Part shown: positions 45,401 through 54,883 of the stretch, piece after piece | How positions within the stretch are numbered: position 1 is the stretch's first letter | How the letters are laid out: each line of letters opens with the position of its first letter | DNA from: a virus | Length of the DNA: 64,000 nt | IMG/VR virus record: IMGVR_UViG_3300023174_000089 | Location: 32,001-96,000 of that record | Reading direction: 5' to 3' (one strand) | Translations under genes and position numbers: made by a program | The notes under the pieces: model-generated | The model's input: only the letters and a program-made list of their open reading frames with translations | What the model was told of the DNA's origin: nothing | Databases searched by the model: none

Positions 45401-45673
45401 TTAAGCGGTAATTACTGTAACCTTGGAAGGTTTACGATTAGCCTTGATAGCTTTGGCACCGACTGGATTGCGAAGCGCTTCGAGCTTGGCTTCCAGAGCA
45501 GCGATACGAGCGGCCTTCTTTTCAGCACGAGCCAGAGCGGAATTCTGCTTCCGCTGGAAATTGGCTTCACGGTTAGCCGCAATGTGCTCTTTAATCATTT
45601 CCTTAATGGATTTTACCAAAGCCCGCTTTTCACGGATTGAGAGGTTTTGAATGGTATCAATGTATGAAAACAT
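45401..45673 (-). CDS. Basic coiled-coil early protein
   Basis: AGGAG RBS; first gene after the promoter at 45724. Confidence 0.65.
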   Translation of the reverse strand: MFSYIDTIQNLSIREKRALVKSIKEMIKEHIAANREANFQRKQNSALARAEKKAARIAALEAKLEALRNPVGAKAIKANRKPSKVTVITA

Positions 45674-45723
45674 ATAATGCTCCTATAAAAAATAAATTTA
45701 ATCAATTAACTACAATAGAACCC

Positions 45724-45751
45724 ATTATACAGGTTCGGCGGTATTTGTCAA
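45724..45751 (-). promoter_or_regulatory. Sigma70 promoter TTGACA-16-TATAAT
   Basis: Perfect hexamers. Confidence 0.78.
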
Positions 45752-46085
45752 ATGGTATTTTCTGCTGCCGTAAGCGCTTGATTGGTATAGGGATAATACT
45801 TGACCGGCCGGCTGGACTATTGGTGGGGGTGGCTCTCGGACGCATACGGACGCACAGGAGCCCCATGGTGGACAAGGCTCGGAGGCGTATAGGAGCAGCT
45901 CTGGAGCCGTGTGTGGTATGACTCGGATTCTGCCATTGTGCGAGCTCTGGACCGACTGTTATATTGTAAAGGGGGGAGGGGGATAGTAAAGCGTTAGCTA
46001 AAAAAGCGCCACCAGGTCAAACTCTTTTTTTCAATTTTTTATTTTCTGGGGCTTCCGTCAGGATTTCGAAATTCCAAATTTTTTT

Positions 46086-46571
46086 TCAGGACCGGTCCAC
46101 GAGGATTCTCTTTTCTATTTCTTCTAGGTCTTGTAAGATTTTTTTTAATTCGGATACAGTAGCATTACTTTTTAATGCATTTGCTCGATGTGAAATAATT
46201 CTCACATTATCTTTGGTATAACCTCCATCATTGTCAATTCTGTCTATCGATGGTGAATTGTCGGTATATCGACCTTGTATATCTTCACGAATCTCAATAC
46301 CCAATACTGGACAAATTTTTGGTATAATCACATCCGAGATATCAATGTTAAATTCTAAACCTTTTTTCTTAGCACGGTTCTTTGCTTTTGTTAGTAGTAT
46401 ACGTTTCTTGTTATTTTTGACATATTCAATCGATTTAATGTTACCACAGATTACACATACACCATCACGTGTATATCTTTTGGAAATATGTCCTTTTTCA
46501 CAAGGTAATCCGGTGAAATAGTGTCTATCACCGTCCAGTTTAGCTTGGTCTCTACTTTTAACGGGATCCAT
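46086..46571 (-). CDS. HNH-like (beta-beta-alpha-Me) endonuclease, possible homing endonuclease
   Basis: N-terminal C..GH...CxxC zinc motif; CPVLG...SPSIDRID...GY..DNV.IIS..AN..K. Confidence 0.75.
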   Translation of the reverse strand: MDPVKSRDQAKLDGDRHYFTGLPCEKGHISKRYTRDGVCVICGNIKSIEYVKNNKKRILLTKAKNRAKKKGLEFNIDISDVIIPKICPVLGIEIREDIQGRYTDNSPSIDRIDNDGGYTKDNVRIISHRANALKSNATVSELKKILQDLEEIEKRILVDRS

Positions 46572-46749
46572 GGAGTTGTTTCTCTAATTCATTAATACGG
46601 TCTACAAGTTTCATTACATCTTCAACTGGTACCCATTTACCAGAGATATCGGTACAGAAGGCTCTCATACGGTCACCCGAAATATGAATGGTTTGTTGGT
46701 TATATCCAATATTATGTTTCTCTAAAGTTTCTACCATACTCTTATTCAT
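46558..46749 (-). CDS. Hypothetical protein
   Basis: Packed ORF. Confidence 0.45.
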   Translation of the reverse strand: MNKSMVETLEKHNIGYNQQTIHISGDRMRAFCTDISGKWVPVEDVMKLVDRINELEKQLHGSR

Positions 46750-46987
46750 GTTGTATCAAAGTCCTTTCTTGTATTAACCAGTATCTTTCTACAGCAGCCT
46801 TAGCGGTTTCAGAATTAATATACATGCCTAATGAAATAGCTTGACTGGTATTAGGATAAACTGTGGTGGTATGTTTCGTATTAATCTGATGACCAGCACG
46901 GTTTACTTCACCAATGATTCGACCAGTATCATCATAGTATAGAAAGTGTGCAACGGTCTCTCCGTCCTTCCATTGGTGGATATTCAT
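46742..46987 (-). CDS. Hypothetical protein
   Basis: Packed ORF. Confidence 0.55.
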   Translation of the reverse strand: MNIHQWKDGETVAHFLYYDDTGRIIGEVNRAGHQINTKHTTTVYPNTSQAISLGMYINSETAKAAVERYWLIQERTLIQHE

Positions 46988-47135
46988 ATAAACCTATCTG
47001 GTCGATCAAAGACCATTGCGATACCACAGATAGTCAGAAGAAGATAACCTTTCGGTGTTTTCTCTTTGAAGAACCAGAAAGATGGTGAAAGCCAAAGAGA
47101 TGGATAAGTCCAGTATTGGAAGATGTGTAGTAACC

Positions 47136-47354
47136 TCATTTGGCGTCCCTATCTTTAATGAGTAAATTGGAAATTGTTTTCCCATTTTGGTCGGTGCAAA
47201 TCCAAGTATGGCTCAGCGGCTTCTGAGGCCGACATTGGAGAATGATTTCCCGACCTTTAGAATCTTTTGCGGGAGCCTCGGAAGGCGCTTCTTGTCCGGA
47301 GGCGGCGGAAACGCAGAGGATTAAGAGAGATGGTATTAGAAGGAGTTTTGCCAT
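47136..47354 (-). CDS. Small secreted protein
   Basis: Signal-peptide-like N-terminus. Confidence 0.5.
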   Translation of the reverse strand: MAKLLLIPSLLILCVSAASGQEAPSEAPAKDSKGREIILQCRPQKPLSHTWICTDQNGKTISNLLIKDRDAK

Positions 47355-47386
47355 AATATAATGATACGTTTCGCAGAGGCGTTTCG

Positions 47387-47557
47387 CTATTGTGTGAGGT
47401 TACGCCAGAGGTCCTTGTAAGTTTCGATGAGGGTTATCCAGAGAGTAATCACGGTACGGATCGGATGCTCAATGAGGGTTGCGAATGCGATGAGTGTTGC
47501 TGGTATGGCAACCAGAACGGTGATGATAAAGCCGATAATGCCTAAAAACGTAATCAT
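47387..47557 (-). CDS. Small membrane protein (56 aa)
   Basis: MITFLGIIGFIITVLVAIPATLIAFATL...; not in the track. Confidence 0.5.
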   Translation of the reverse strand: MITFLGIIGFIITVLVAIPATLIAFATLIEHPIRTVITLWITLIETYKDLWRNLTQ

Positions 47558-47814
47558 GTTGTTTCTTTCACATATTCATTTGAAATGGTTCGTGCTTCTT
47601 CTTCGGTGGTGGCGGTACGAACAGCCTGCCACACTCTGTTATTATAACATTCAATGGTGTAATGAGTTCTACGGTCATATACATCAGCCTGTCGGCTGTT
47701 TTCGGTAATACTAAATTTAGGTCCTAGTTTTTGTGTTGTCATATTTAAGTCAAGCGGTATCTGTTCAGTTAATGGTGTAAAAAATAAATTCTTTTGTACC
47801 ATTATCTCTCCCAC
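47554..47814 (-). CDS. Hypothetical protein
   Basis: Packed ORF. Confidence 0.5.
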   Translation of the reverse strand: MGEIMVQKNLFFTPLTEQIPLDLNMTTQKLGPKFSITENSRQADVYDRRTHYTIECYNNRVWQAVRTATTEEEARTISNEYVKETT

Positions 47815-48071
47815 TTTTGACCGCCCTTCAGAAAATCAATAATCTTTTTGGATGTAGACACATGACGATCCTTCACTTTAAGCAACTCATCAAATTCTTT
47901 AGATAGAATAGTTAATTTTTTACTTTCTATAACCGCATCTTCGTAACCTGGATGATAAGGTGCTTCTGCAACAAGGTTCGGTTCTTCCATGCCGTTGGCA
48001 GAAGATGGTGTTACACAAGTTAAACCTGGATCATAAGCCGCTTTTCTATCATCTGATGTAAATGTGGTCAT
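47802..48071 (-). CDS. Hypothetical protein
   Basis: MTTFTSDDR; AGGAG RBS. Confidence 0.55.
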   Translation of the reverse strand: MTTFTSDDRKAAYDPGLTCVTPSSANGMEEPNLVAEAPYHPGYEDAVIESKKLTILSKEFDELLKVKDRHVSTSKKIIDFLKGGQKWER

Positions 48072-48072
48072 A

Positions 48073-48276
48073 TTATCTCCTATCGAATTCTTGATCTAAC
48101 TCCATTTCTTTACGAATCTCATCAATACGGTGTTGTAATACAGAAGCGGCCGTATTAAAATGTCCTGTGCCTTCGGATTTAGGTTTATAGTAGTGTCGTA
48201 ATAAAGTTTCTTTTTCGGTTTCTAAAACGGCAATATATTCTTCGTTAGTAATATCAAAAGGCATATCATTCTCCAA
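48073..48276 (-). CDS. Hypothetical protein
   Basis: EGTGHFNTA..VL. Confidence 0.55.
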   Translation of the reverse strand: MENDMPFDITNEEYIAVLETEKETLLRHYYKPKSEGTGHFNTAASVLQHRIDEIRKEMELDQEFDRR

Positions 48277-48526
48277 AAATTAAAACAATCTCATTCTCAC
48301 TTACAATATAATAATCTTTATTGTCGTATTTGATTTTTCTTGCTTGGTTCCAATTGGGTAATACCAGATCACCTTCTTTGACTAATTCGACATTTGGTCC
48401 AAGTGATACTACTTTACCTCGATTGGCTTCTGCTGGATCGGCCGATGAAAGAACAATACCAGAACTGGTAACCTTTTCTTTCTCGATCAACTCTACTGCT
48501 ACATTATTCTTGATAGGTCTTAACAA
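48266..48526 (-). CDS. groES: GroES-like co-chaperonin
   Basis: LRPI...V...TSSGIVL...GKVVSLG...VKEGD.V...ENEI. Confidence 0.85.
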   Translation of the reverse strand: MLRPIKNNVAVELIEKEKVTSSGIVLSSADPAEANRGKVVSLGPNVELVKEGDLVLPNWNQARKIKYDNKDYYIVSENEIVLIFGE

Positions 48527-48841
48527 TTACAAATCTCCTTCCATCATTACACATAGTTACCACATCTATTGGAGCATCATAACTCAACTTATTACAATTA
48601 TACTGTATCTCAATCATTTTGTCAAATTTTTTGTGGTAATCATCATTAGACGTATAGGCATAGGCCATCGTCAAGGCAATTATAAAGAGGGAGAGTCGGA
48701 GATATTCTAACATACCCTTATATATGCCAGTATTATCTCCGTTGCGCCGCCAACTGGTCAATTACCTCTTGTATTTTATTTCGTATATAACTACCATGTG
48801 GCGTCCAAGGCAGAAGATGTTTTAGAAATTTCAGTAGTTCA

Positions 48842-49132
48842 TCAGGATGCATCTTTGAAAATACTCGACCATTTTTCTAGTTTCTTCTTTTTAAGTTCCA
48901 TATAGGTCATCAAATCTTCTTCGTTGACTACCTTTTGTTCTACTAATAATCCAATCATACAAAGTAACTGTCCTAGTTCCATCGTTAGGCATTCTCTGGT
49001 TGTTGGTGAATCTTCATTTGGGTAACACGAATCAAAACCGAACCGAAATATCTTTGAGGCGGATTGAATTACTTCAGCACATTCTTCTTGTAATATAATT
49101 AATGTTTCTCTTGTTTTATTTTCCACAATCAT
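48842..49132 (-). CDS. MazG-like NTP pyrophosphohydrolase
   Basis: LQEECAEVIQ..SK..RFG...ELG. Confidence 0.65.
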   Translation of the reverse strand: MIVENKTRETLIILQEECAEVIQSASKIFRFGFDSCYPNEDSPTTRECLTMELGQLLCMIGLLVEQKVVNEEDLMTYMELKKKKLEKWSSIFKDAS

Positions 49133-49397
49133 CTTCTACAAATTTAATTACAGGCATGTATTCTTCCACTTTTTTAATTGCTGCCTCTTTTGTGGGAGCA
49201 ATTACTTTGCAAGTATACAAACCATCTTTCATACTAATCGTAAATGGTACAACACCATTAATAAACCATTCTTCTTGCACATAACACTTGATATGCCATT
49301 CTCTGGCATCAAGGCAGCGTTTAATCATTTCATCAGCAATTTTCTTAGGATTGAATTCATCTTCAGCAATCATATTAGACATCATTCCACCTTTCAA
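49116..49397 (-). CDS. Hypothetical protein
   Basis: Packed ORF. Confidence 0.55.
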   Translation of the reverse strand: MKGGMMSNMIAEDEFNPKKIADEMIKRCLDAREWHIKCYVQEEWFINGVVPFTISMKDGLYTCKVIAPTKEAAIKKVEEYMPVIKFVEDDCGK

Positions 49398-49587
49398 CTA
49401 AAAATTGTGGACCTTTCTTTTCTTCGGCCAGCACATAATCTTCGGCCAAATCTTCTGCTCGTTGATAGTCAGCCGTTGTTTCTTTTTTAATTATCTTATC
49501 ATTCAGATAATAGACAATCGTATAATTGAAATCAGCTCGTTCAACAATTGCTTTTTTATCACCATTCATAAAAGTAGACATTTGCAT
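49375..49587 (-). CDS. Hypothetical protein
   Basis: Likely start MQMST after a GGAG RBS. Confidence 0.5.
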   Translation of the reverse strand: MQMSTFMNGDKKAIVERADFNYTIVYYLNDKIIKKETTADYQRAEDLAEDYVLAEEKKGPQFLVERWNDV

Positions 49588-49588
49588 T

Positions 49589-49780
49589 TTATTCTCCAAA
49601 GGCATATTTCTTGGCAGCTTCTTCTGCTTCTTCTTCTGTTGCAAAAAACTCTGTCTTAAACAAATCAGACTCTTTAAAAAAGTCCACAATATATGGTGAC
49701 ATCACACAGGATGCCACGAATATAATTTCTGCATGCCGGTGACCTTGAGCACCGAAAAAGGATACGATTTCGTTAATCAT
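49589..49780 (-). CDS. Hypothetical protein
   Basis: Packed ORF. Confidence 0.5.
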   Translation of the reverse strand: MINEIVSFFGAQGHRHAEIIFVASCVMSPYIVDFFKESDLFKTEFFATEEEAEEAAKKYAFGE

Positions 49781-51888
49781 GCTATTAGTCCTATAAAGCG
49801 ATTCAACACAACACGGTTTGATAACCGGTTACCAGCATATTTACTAAATGCAGATACAAGACCACGAGTAGTTGCATTTTCTTTTACAACAAATTCTGTA
49901 TCATCATCCGTATCTAGGCCTTCCGAACGGAGCAAATAATATTCATCAAAGCCAGCATTGGTTACAATCTTATACTTTTCTTTACGGAACTCAGATTTTA
50001 ATTTGGCATGATCTGATGATCTCGGAAAGAAGTTATGTGCAACACGGCCAAACTCACGACTAGACAATACATAGAAACCAATAATGTTGCATTGTGTTCT
50101 GACCTTCAACATTTTGACATAAGCAGTCATCAACTCATTACCATAACTATGGTAAATCTTTTCTTCGTGTTTGGTAATAGGATCACGGAGAACAAGCACT
50201 TTTTCTTTACCATATGCAGAACCAAAATCTAAATCTGGATTATTGTAACCAGATAGTCTTTGTTTTTTGCCATTACTATCTAAATTTGAGAACATAACAT
50301 TTCTTACAGGATTACCATCACCATCGGTAAGAAATACCGTGTTTACAATTTGTAGTTTGTAATCTTTTTGAAACTGTGGCACAATCTTCATGGCAGAGAT
50401 TACACCCTCATAGAGAGGAGTTCCACCGAGCTGCATCCAGTGTGGTCGTGGTGCTCTAGGTTTAGCACAGCTCACCAAAGCAGAACAAGCATAAGTGAAT
50501 TCAGAAGCCGACATTTTACTTGATAACAAATTCATTAGTTTGAAACCATTTAAATCCAAATCACCTTCTTTAAAATCAACATGATACTTATCAGTATGTT
50601 CAGAGGTGAAAGCATATACTTCGTAAGGAATGTTTACCTTCTTACAGAACATGACCAAATTGATTAATTGTTTAACAGTATTTTCCATATGGTCAGACAT
50701 AGAACCAGACCAATCAAGGAACATTACGAGACCATGTGATTTGCCTTCAGGTAACACAGTCATGCGTTTGAAAATATCTTCGGTAAATTTATACGCATAA
50801 ACTTTGTTAAGATTCAATTCACCAGTTTTGGCAATTGATGCACGTTTCTGTTGATCGGCATTCTTACGCAATTCAAATTCTTTGGCCAAATAACCAACAA
50901 CTTTTTTAGCATCATTACGAATTTTCATAAATTCTGCTGTGTCAATACCAGACATATTATATTTGGCCAAATCGTTTTTGTATTCAGTCCATAATTGTTT
51001 GTATGGCATTACTGCTTTTTTCAAATCGATATCGTTGATATTACCATAATAGAAATGCCTGTTACTTGATTCGAATAGTTTGCTTTCATTCTTACGATAC
51101 GATTTATCAGTGTGCGAATCCAATGCACCTTCATCACTGCCTTCATGGCCTGCTAGATTTTTCTGTTGTGCACCACTTTCGATTTCATCCATTGATTCAT
51201 CGGTGTTTGAATTCGGTTTGCCAAACTTTTCAATAACATCATCATCAAATTCATCAGAATCATCATAACCATCAGCCGAAAAATCACCATCTGGATTTTC
51301 TTCAAATTCAGGAATAGCTACTTGGCGTTCTTCTTTTTCTTTTTTCATATACGCCATTATTTTGTATGCAAGCTGAATCACATCATCATAAGTTTCAGTA
51401 GATTCGATTTCATTAACTAAACCACGCTCTTCGTCATTGAATTTGATACCTTGTGCTGCACCACCTTTTGTATAAAGGTTTACACGGTCAATGAAATTCA
51501 TATCGTTCAAATCTACACCACTGGTACCAAAGAAATCTTTTTCAATCAGTTCACGATAACCACGAACAAAAGAGGAACGAATACCAGGATATTTGTTTTT
51601 GATTTTTCTTTCAATACGAGAATCTTCCAGCACATTCATAATACCCATTGGGATTTTTTCTTCATGTGCTTTCATCATACCATCTAAAGGAGTGTAAAGT
51701 GCATGGCCAACTTCGTGACCTAGAAAAAGATCATAGAGATAACCCGAGATGTTTTTATCAAGGACTGGAACGGTTAGGATACGGTTCTTTACATCAAACG
51801 CAGCTGTATTGGTATTGCGCTGTTCAATGGTTAAATTTTCGTTGGCCATTAGTTTGGCAAGTAATGATTTAGATTGAATGAGTTCCAT
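49777..51888 (-). CDS. CobT-like protein: HExxH metallopeptidase-like domain plus vWA domain
   Basis: HEVGH, NVLEDSRIE, acidic linker, MIDAS DWSGS, GGTP, LTDG. Confidence 0.85.
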   Translation of the reverse strand: MELIQSKSLLAKLMANENLTIEQRNTNTAAFDVKNRILTVPVLDKNISGYLYDLFLGHEVGHALYTPLDGMMKAHEEKIPMGIMNVLEDSRIERKIKNKYPGIRSSFVRGYRELIEKDFFGTSGVDLNDMNFIDRVNLYTKGGAAQGIKFNDEERGLVNEIESTETYDDVIQLAYKIMAYMKKEKEERQVAIPEFEENPDGDFSADGYDDSDEFDDDVIEKFGKPNSNTDESMDEIESGAQQKNLAGHEGSDEGALDSHTDKSYRKNESKLFESSNRHFYYGNINDIDLKKAVMPYKQLWTEYKNDLAKYNMSGIDTAEFMKIRNDAKKVVGYLAKEFELRKNADQQKRASIAKTGELNLNKVYAYKFTEDIFKRMTVLPEGKSHGLVMFLDWSGSMSDHMENTVKQLINLVMFCKKVNIPYEVYAFTSEHTDKYHVDFKEGDLDLNGFKLMNLLSSKMSASEFTYACSALVSCAKPRAPRPHWMQLGGTPLYEGVISAMKIVPQFQKDYKLQIVNTVFLTDGDGNPVRNVMFSNLDSNGKKQRLSGYNNPDLDFGSAYGKEKVLVLRDPITKHEEKIYHSYGNELMTAYVKMLKVRTQCNIIGFYVLSSREFGRVAHNFFPRSSDHAKLKSEFRKEKYKIVTNAGFDEYYLLRSEGLDTDDDTEFVVKENATTRGLVSAFSKYAGNRLSNRVVLNRFIGLIA

Positions 51889-51911
51889 AAATTCTCCGAG
51901 TTAATACGAAT

Positions 51912-51963
51912 ATTATCTCATATTCCACATACTTTGTCAAATGAGTGTTGTATGAAAACAACA
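51912..51963 (-). promoter_or_regulatory. Sigma70 promoter (TTGACA-17-GATAAT) plus TGTTG-N8-CAACA
   Basis: Read directly. Confidence 0.7.
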
Positions 51964-51964
51964 A

Positions 51965-52132
51965 TCATTTAAACGAATACATTTCCTGAATCTTTTGGTA
52001 CTCGGAAAGGTCTTTTTCCATACCAGATAATACTGCCCATTTCCGAGTAACGATATCCAAGCGTTTCCACGCAGGAATTTCATCATCATCTACGATTGCA
52101 TTTAGCCAAAAATAGTTGGATTTTTCATCCAT
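51965..52132 (-). CDS. Hypothetical protein
   Basis: Likely start MDEKS (AAGGA RBS). Confidence 0.45.
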   Translation of the reverse strand: MDEKSNYFWLNAIVDDDEIPAWKRLDIVTRKWAVLSGMEKDLSEYQKIQEMYSFK

Positions 52133-52313
52133 GATTTTTTCCTTCGTTTTTATCAAAAATTCGTTGTTCAATCGCAGTTGCCAGCTCATCGGCAAGCTTC
52201 GGATTGAATTTTACCAGAAAATGAGCGACATCATCAGCTGGTATATGACGCAGATTGTGCATAATTTCATCAATTCCACGATAAATTTGTGTTTCTTCCC
52301 ATTGTGTTAACAT
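52125..52313 (-). CDS. Hypothetical protein
   Basis: Likely start MLTQW (GAGGT RBS). Confidence 0.55.
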   Translation of the reverse strand: MLTQWEETQIYRGIDEIMHNLRHIPADDVAHFLVKFNPKLADELATAIEQRIFDKNEGKNHG

Positions 52314-52494
52314 ATTTACCTCACATTTTATAAAAAGTTTCATTCGGAACAATAATTTTGCCTTCTTTTTTTGCTTTTCCGAGCGTTTCAAGCAATTTTA
52401 ACTCAATTTCGAGCTCTTTGGCAGACAAATTTTGCAAATATTCCTCATAATCGTCCCAATCTTCATTATTCCAGCCTTTTGGATTCATTTTTGA

Positions 52495-52839
52495 CTATCT
52501 CCGCATGCTGGAAATTTCTTTTGCTTCAGTATCCGTGAAAACCGGCACAGCATTTGACTTATGCATTGTAGCCACACCTTTCATTTTGTCACCTGTATAA
52601 GAAAATGGAAGTTTTTTTGTGCAAGGCACAAAACCAGTATCTACGGACGCAAATTTAGGAGTTTCTCGACCTACAGGAACCTTGTAAGAAGGAACATTGT
52701 TATAATTCTTCGTGGATTTGGTTTTACTGAAATTGGTAGTGATTGAATTAATGGTAGTTAACCATTCTTCGTTTTGAATTTGCTTGGCTTTTGAAACCTT
52801 GCGTTGTTTGCTTTTTGGAATATATCCGTAGATCATCAT
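52495..52839 (-). CDS. Conserved T4-like hypothetical protein
   Basis: YTG..MKGVATMHKSNAVPVF...ISSMRR. Confidence 0.75.
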   Translation of the reverse strand: MMIYGYIPKSKQRKVSKAKQIQNEEWLTTINSITTNFSKTKSTKNYNNVPSYKVPVGRETPKFASVDTGFVPCTKKLPFSYTGDKMKGVATMHKSNAVPVFTDTEAKEISSMRR

Positions 52840-52864
52840 AACAATTCTCCATTGTAGAAGAACC

Positions 52865-52918
52865 ATTATACTACAGGAATAGGGGAATGTCAATACAGAA
52901 TGTTGCTAGGATACAACA
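52865..52918 (-). promoter_or_regulatory. Sigma70 promoter (TTGACA-17-TATAAT) plus TGTTG-N8-CAACA
   Basis: Read directly. Confidence 0.78.
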
Positions 52919-52991
52919 CTATTACCAATACCTCTTATCTGAAAGCGGACATACCTACTTATGCTTAAAAAACAGAAAAATATTGGTATTT

Positions 52992-53174
52992 TTAAGAATT
53001 CTTACTATGTGAAATTTCATATTCTTCGAAATCTTCACTTTGCCAGTTTTTAAACTGTTTCTTTACTTCTGGATGTTCACCACGGCGTTTTTTGGTGTGT
53101 AATACTGTTTTAGCGTAAGTGTAATCATCATTATAATCTTTGTTTTTGCGAAACTTACCTACAAACTTTGTCAA
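52992..53174 (-). CDS. Hypothetical protein
   Basis: TTG start with AGGAG RBS. Confidence 0.5.
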   Translation of the reverse strand: MTKFVGKFRKNKDYNDDYTYAKTVLHTKKRRGEHPEVKKQFKNWQSEDFEEYEISHSKNS

Positions 53175-53183
53175 TTAAATCTC

Positions 53184-53555
53184 CTATTTCATGGTTTCAA
53201 AATTGATGCCTTTTATTTTGGTTTCTGGCATATTAAACATATCATCTTCTGAAATATAAGTTATACTTGCATCCGGATAACATGCTTTTATAATTTTGAG
53301 TAATTGGCAGACGGTGCCATCGGAATCATTAAATGAAAATACTTCATCTACACATTTTAAACTTTTTATGATGTTCCTGCGTGATTCATAATTTTGAACA
53401 AAACCACCATCTGCCCAAGCAAGATACCAATCGGAGTGAACACCAACAGCCAACCAATCTCCTCTCCTTCTACATTTCTGTAAGAAACTGAGTTGATGGT
53501 TTGTAAGTGGGTCAAATTTTCCTGATACTACTACTATCCTATCTTGTGGATGCAT
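53184..53555 (-). CDS. Cytidylyltransferase-like protein (degenerate HxGH)
   Basis: VVSGKFDPL...VGVHSD...R..II..LKCVDEV. Confidence 0.75.
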   Translation of the reverse strand: MHPQDRIVVVSGKFDPLTNHQLSFLQKCRRRGDWLAVGVHSDWYLAWADGGFVQNYESRRNIIKSLKCVDEVFSFNDSDGTVCQLLKIIKACYPDASITYISEDDMFNMPETKIKGINFETMK

Positions 53556-53978
53556 TTATGGTAAAAGTTGTGGAAAAGCTTCTTTAACAAATTTGTAATT
53601 TAAACCTTTGACACCTAAATCTTTACTTAATATACCAATAACAACCTCTGCTTCACGTGGTTCTAAGGATTCAACTAATTGTAATAATAATTGCTTCCTT
53701 CTTTCCTCTGATAACTTTTCGGCTGTATCATCACCCTTTCTAAACAAATACAATTTTCTAATTTCTGTTGAGAGTTGTGCTCTAGAAATTCCAGGTAAAG
53801 TATCTGGAATTTTATACTCATCTGGCATTTCTGTTATGAGAAATTCATAATTTGGATGAAAAGCCAATTCTAATACTTGTACCAAAGTCTTTGACAGATT
53901 TTTTTCAATTACTGCCATTTTTTCTTTTTTTGATGCGGCTTCTTCAAATTCATCAAATACTTCATAAATATTTTTCAT
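53556..53978 (-). CDS. Conserved T4-like hypothetical protein adjacent to RNase H
   Basis: RKLYLF...LVESLEPREAE...VKEAFP. Confidence 0.75.
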   Translation of the reverse strand: MKNIYEVFDEFEEAASKKEKMAVIEKNLSKTLVQVLELAFHPNYEFLITEMPDEYKIPDTLPGISRAQLSTEIRKLYLFRKGDDTAEKLSEERRKQLLLQLVESLEPREAEVVIGILSKDLGVKGLNYKFVKEAFPQLLP

Positions 53979-54823
53979 TAAAACTCCTCGATTACGTCCA
54001 TTAAATTTTTAAGTTTGTGTTCCATAAAATAGTTCAATAACTTACCTTTGGCAGGTTTTGTTTCTTCATAGGTATTTATGATTTTTTGTTTGATATCGCC
54101 AGGAATGTTTCTGAGGTCAATAAGTGTCTGATTACGTGAAAAACCTGTTCGAGCGCTTTCATCTTCCCATTCACCATAGTGAACATCTAAGTATTTTTCA
54201 ATAAGTTTTTGTGTAATTGGTTTCTGTCGTAGGTCACGGACAAAACAATCAGCAGGAGAAAAAATATTTGGTATACCATCACCTTTGTCACCACGAATAA
54301 TCTTTTCTTTTAGTTCTAAATGTGGATCAGCAGATTTGACATATTTCTTCTGTGATGGATTGTATTGTTTAACATTACTTCCATACATTTGCAATTGTAG
54401 AAAGTCACCATCACTTGATAGTATTAAAATCTTTTCAGATGGAGCATAGATTGGTACCAGTGTGCCAATAATATCATCTGCTTCTGCACCTTCAACATCA
54501 ATTACTTTATAGGGAAAATTATCTCTTAATTCTTGTTTAAGTTTGGCAAGAATATCAAAGATTAGATGCCAGTCCAAATCAGATTTCTCTCTCGTCTTTT
54601 TTCGACCAGCTTTATAGAATGGGAAAAAATCTTTACGCCAATATTTACGGTTATCACAACACAATACAATTTCACCGTATTCTTTTTTAAAGTTCTTTAC
54701 GTGAGTTCGTATGATGTTTAACACCATGTGACGGATTAAACTTTCTTCTAACTTACCTTTATGATTGGCAATCTGTGCCATGAGGCCAGCTAGTAACACT
54801 TGATTCAAATCAACTAAAATCAT
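53978..54823 (-). CDS. rnh: T4-type RNase H (5'-3' exonuclease)
   Basis: ILVDLNQ, YWRK..FP.YK..RK, EADDII, SSDGDF.QL, GDKGDGIPN. Confidence 0.93.
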   Translation of the reverse strand: MILVDLNQVLLAGLMAQIANHKGKLEESLIRHMVLNIIRTHVKNFKKEYGEIVLCCDNRKYWRKDFFPFYKAGRKKTREKSDLDWHLIFDILAKLKQELRDNFPYKVIDVEGAEADDIIGTLVPIYAPSEKILILSSDGDFLQLQMYGSNVKQYNPSQKKYVKSADPHLELKEKIIRGDKGDGIPNIFSPADCFVRDLRQKPITQKLIEKYLDVHYGEWEDESARTGFSRNQTLIDLRNIPGDIKQKIINTYEETKPAKGKLLNYFMEHKLKNLMDVIEEF

Positions 54824-54854
54824 AATAAACTTTCAATAGTTTCCAATATTACCT

Positions 54855-54883
54855 ATTGTATCATTCTTTTTTGAACCTGTCAA
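54855..54883 (-). promoter_or_regulatory. Sigma70 promoter TTGACA-17-TACAAT
   Basis: Upstream of rnh. Confidence 0.65.

Noticed and set aside
45637-45921. Plus-strand 94-aa ORF across the GC-rich island
   Set aside because: It opposes the local gene orientation, crosses a consensus promoter and has no recognisable RBS or motif.
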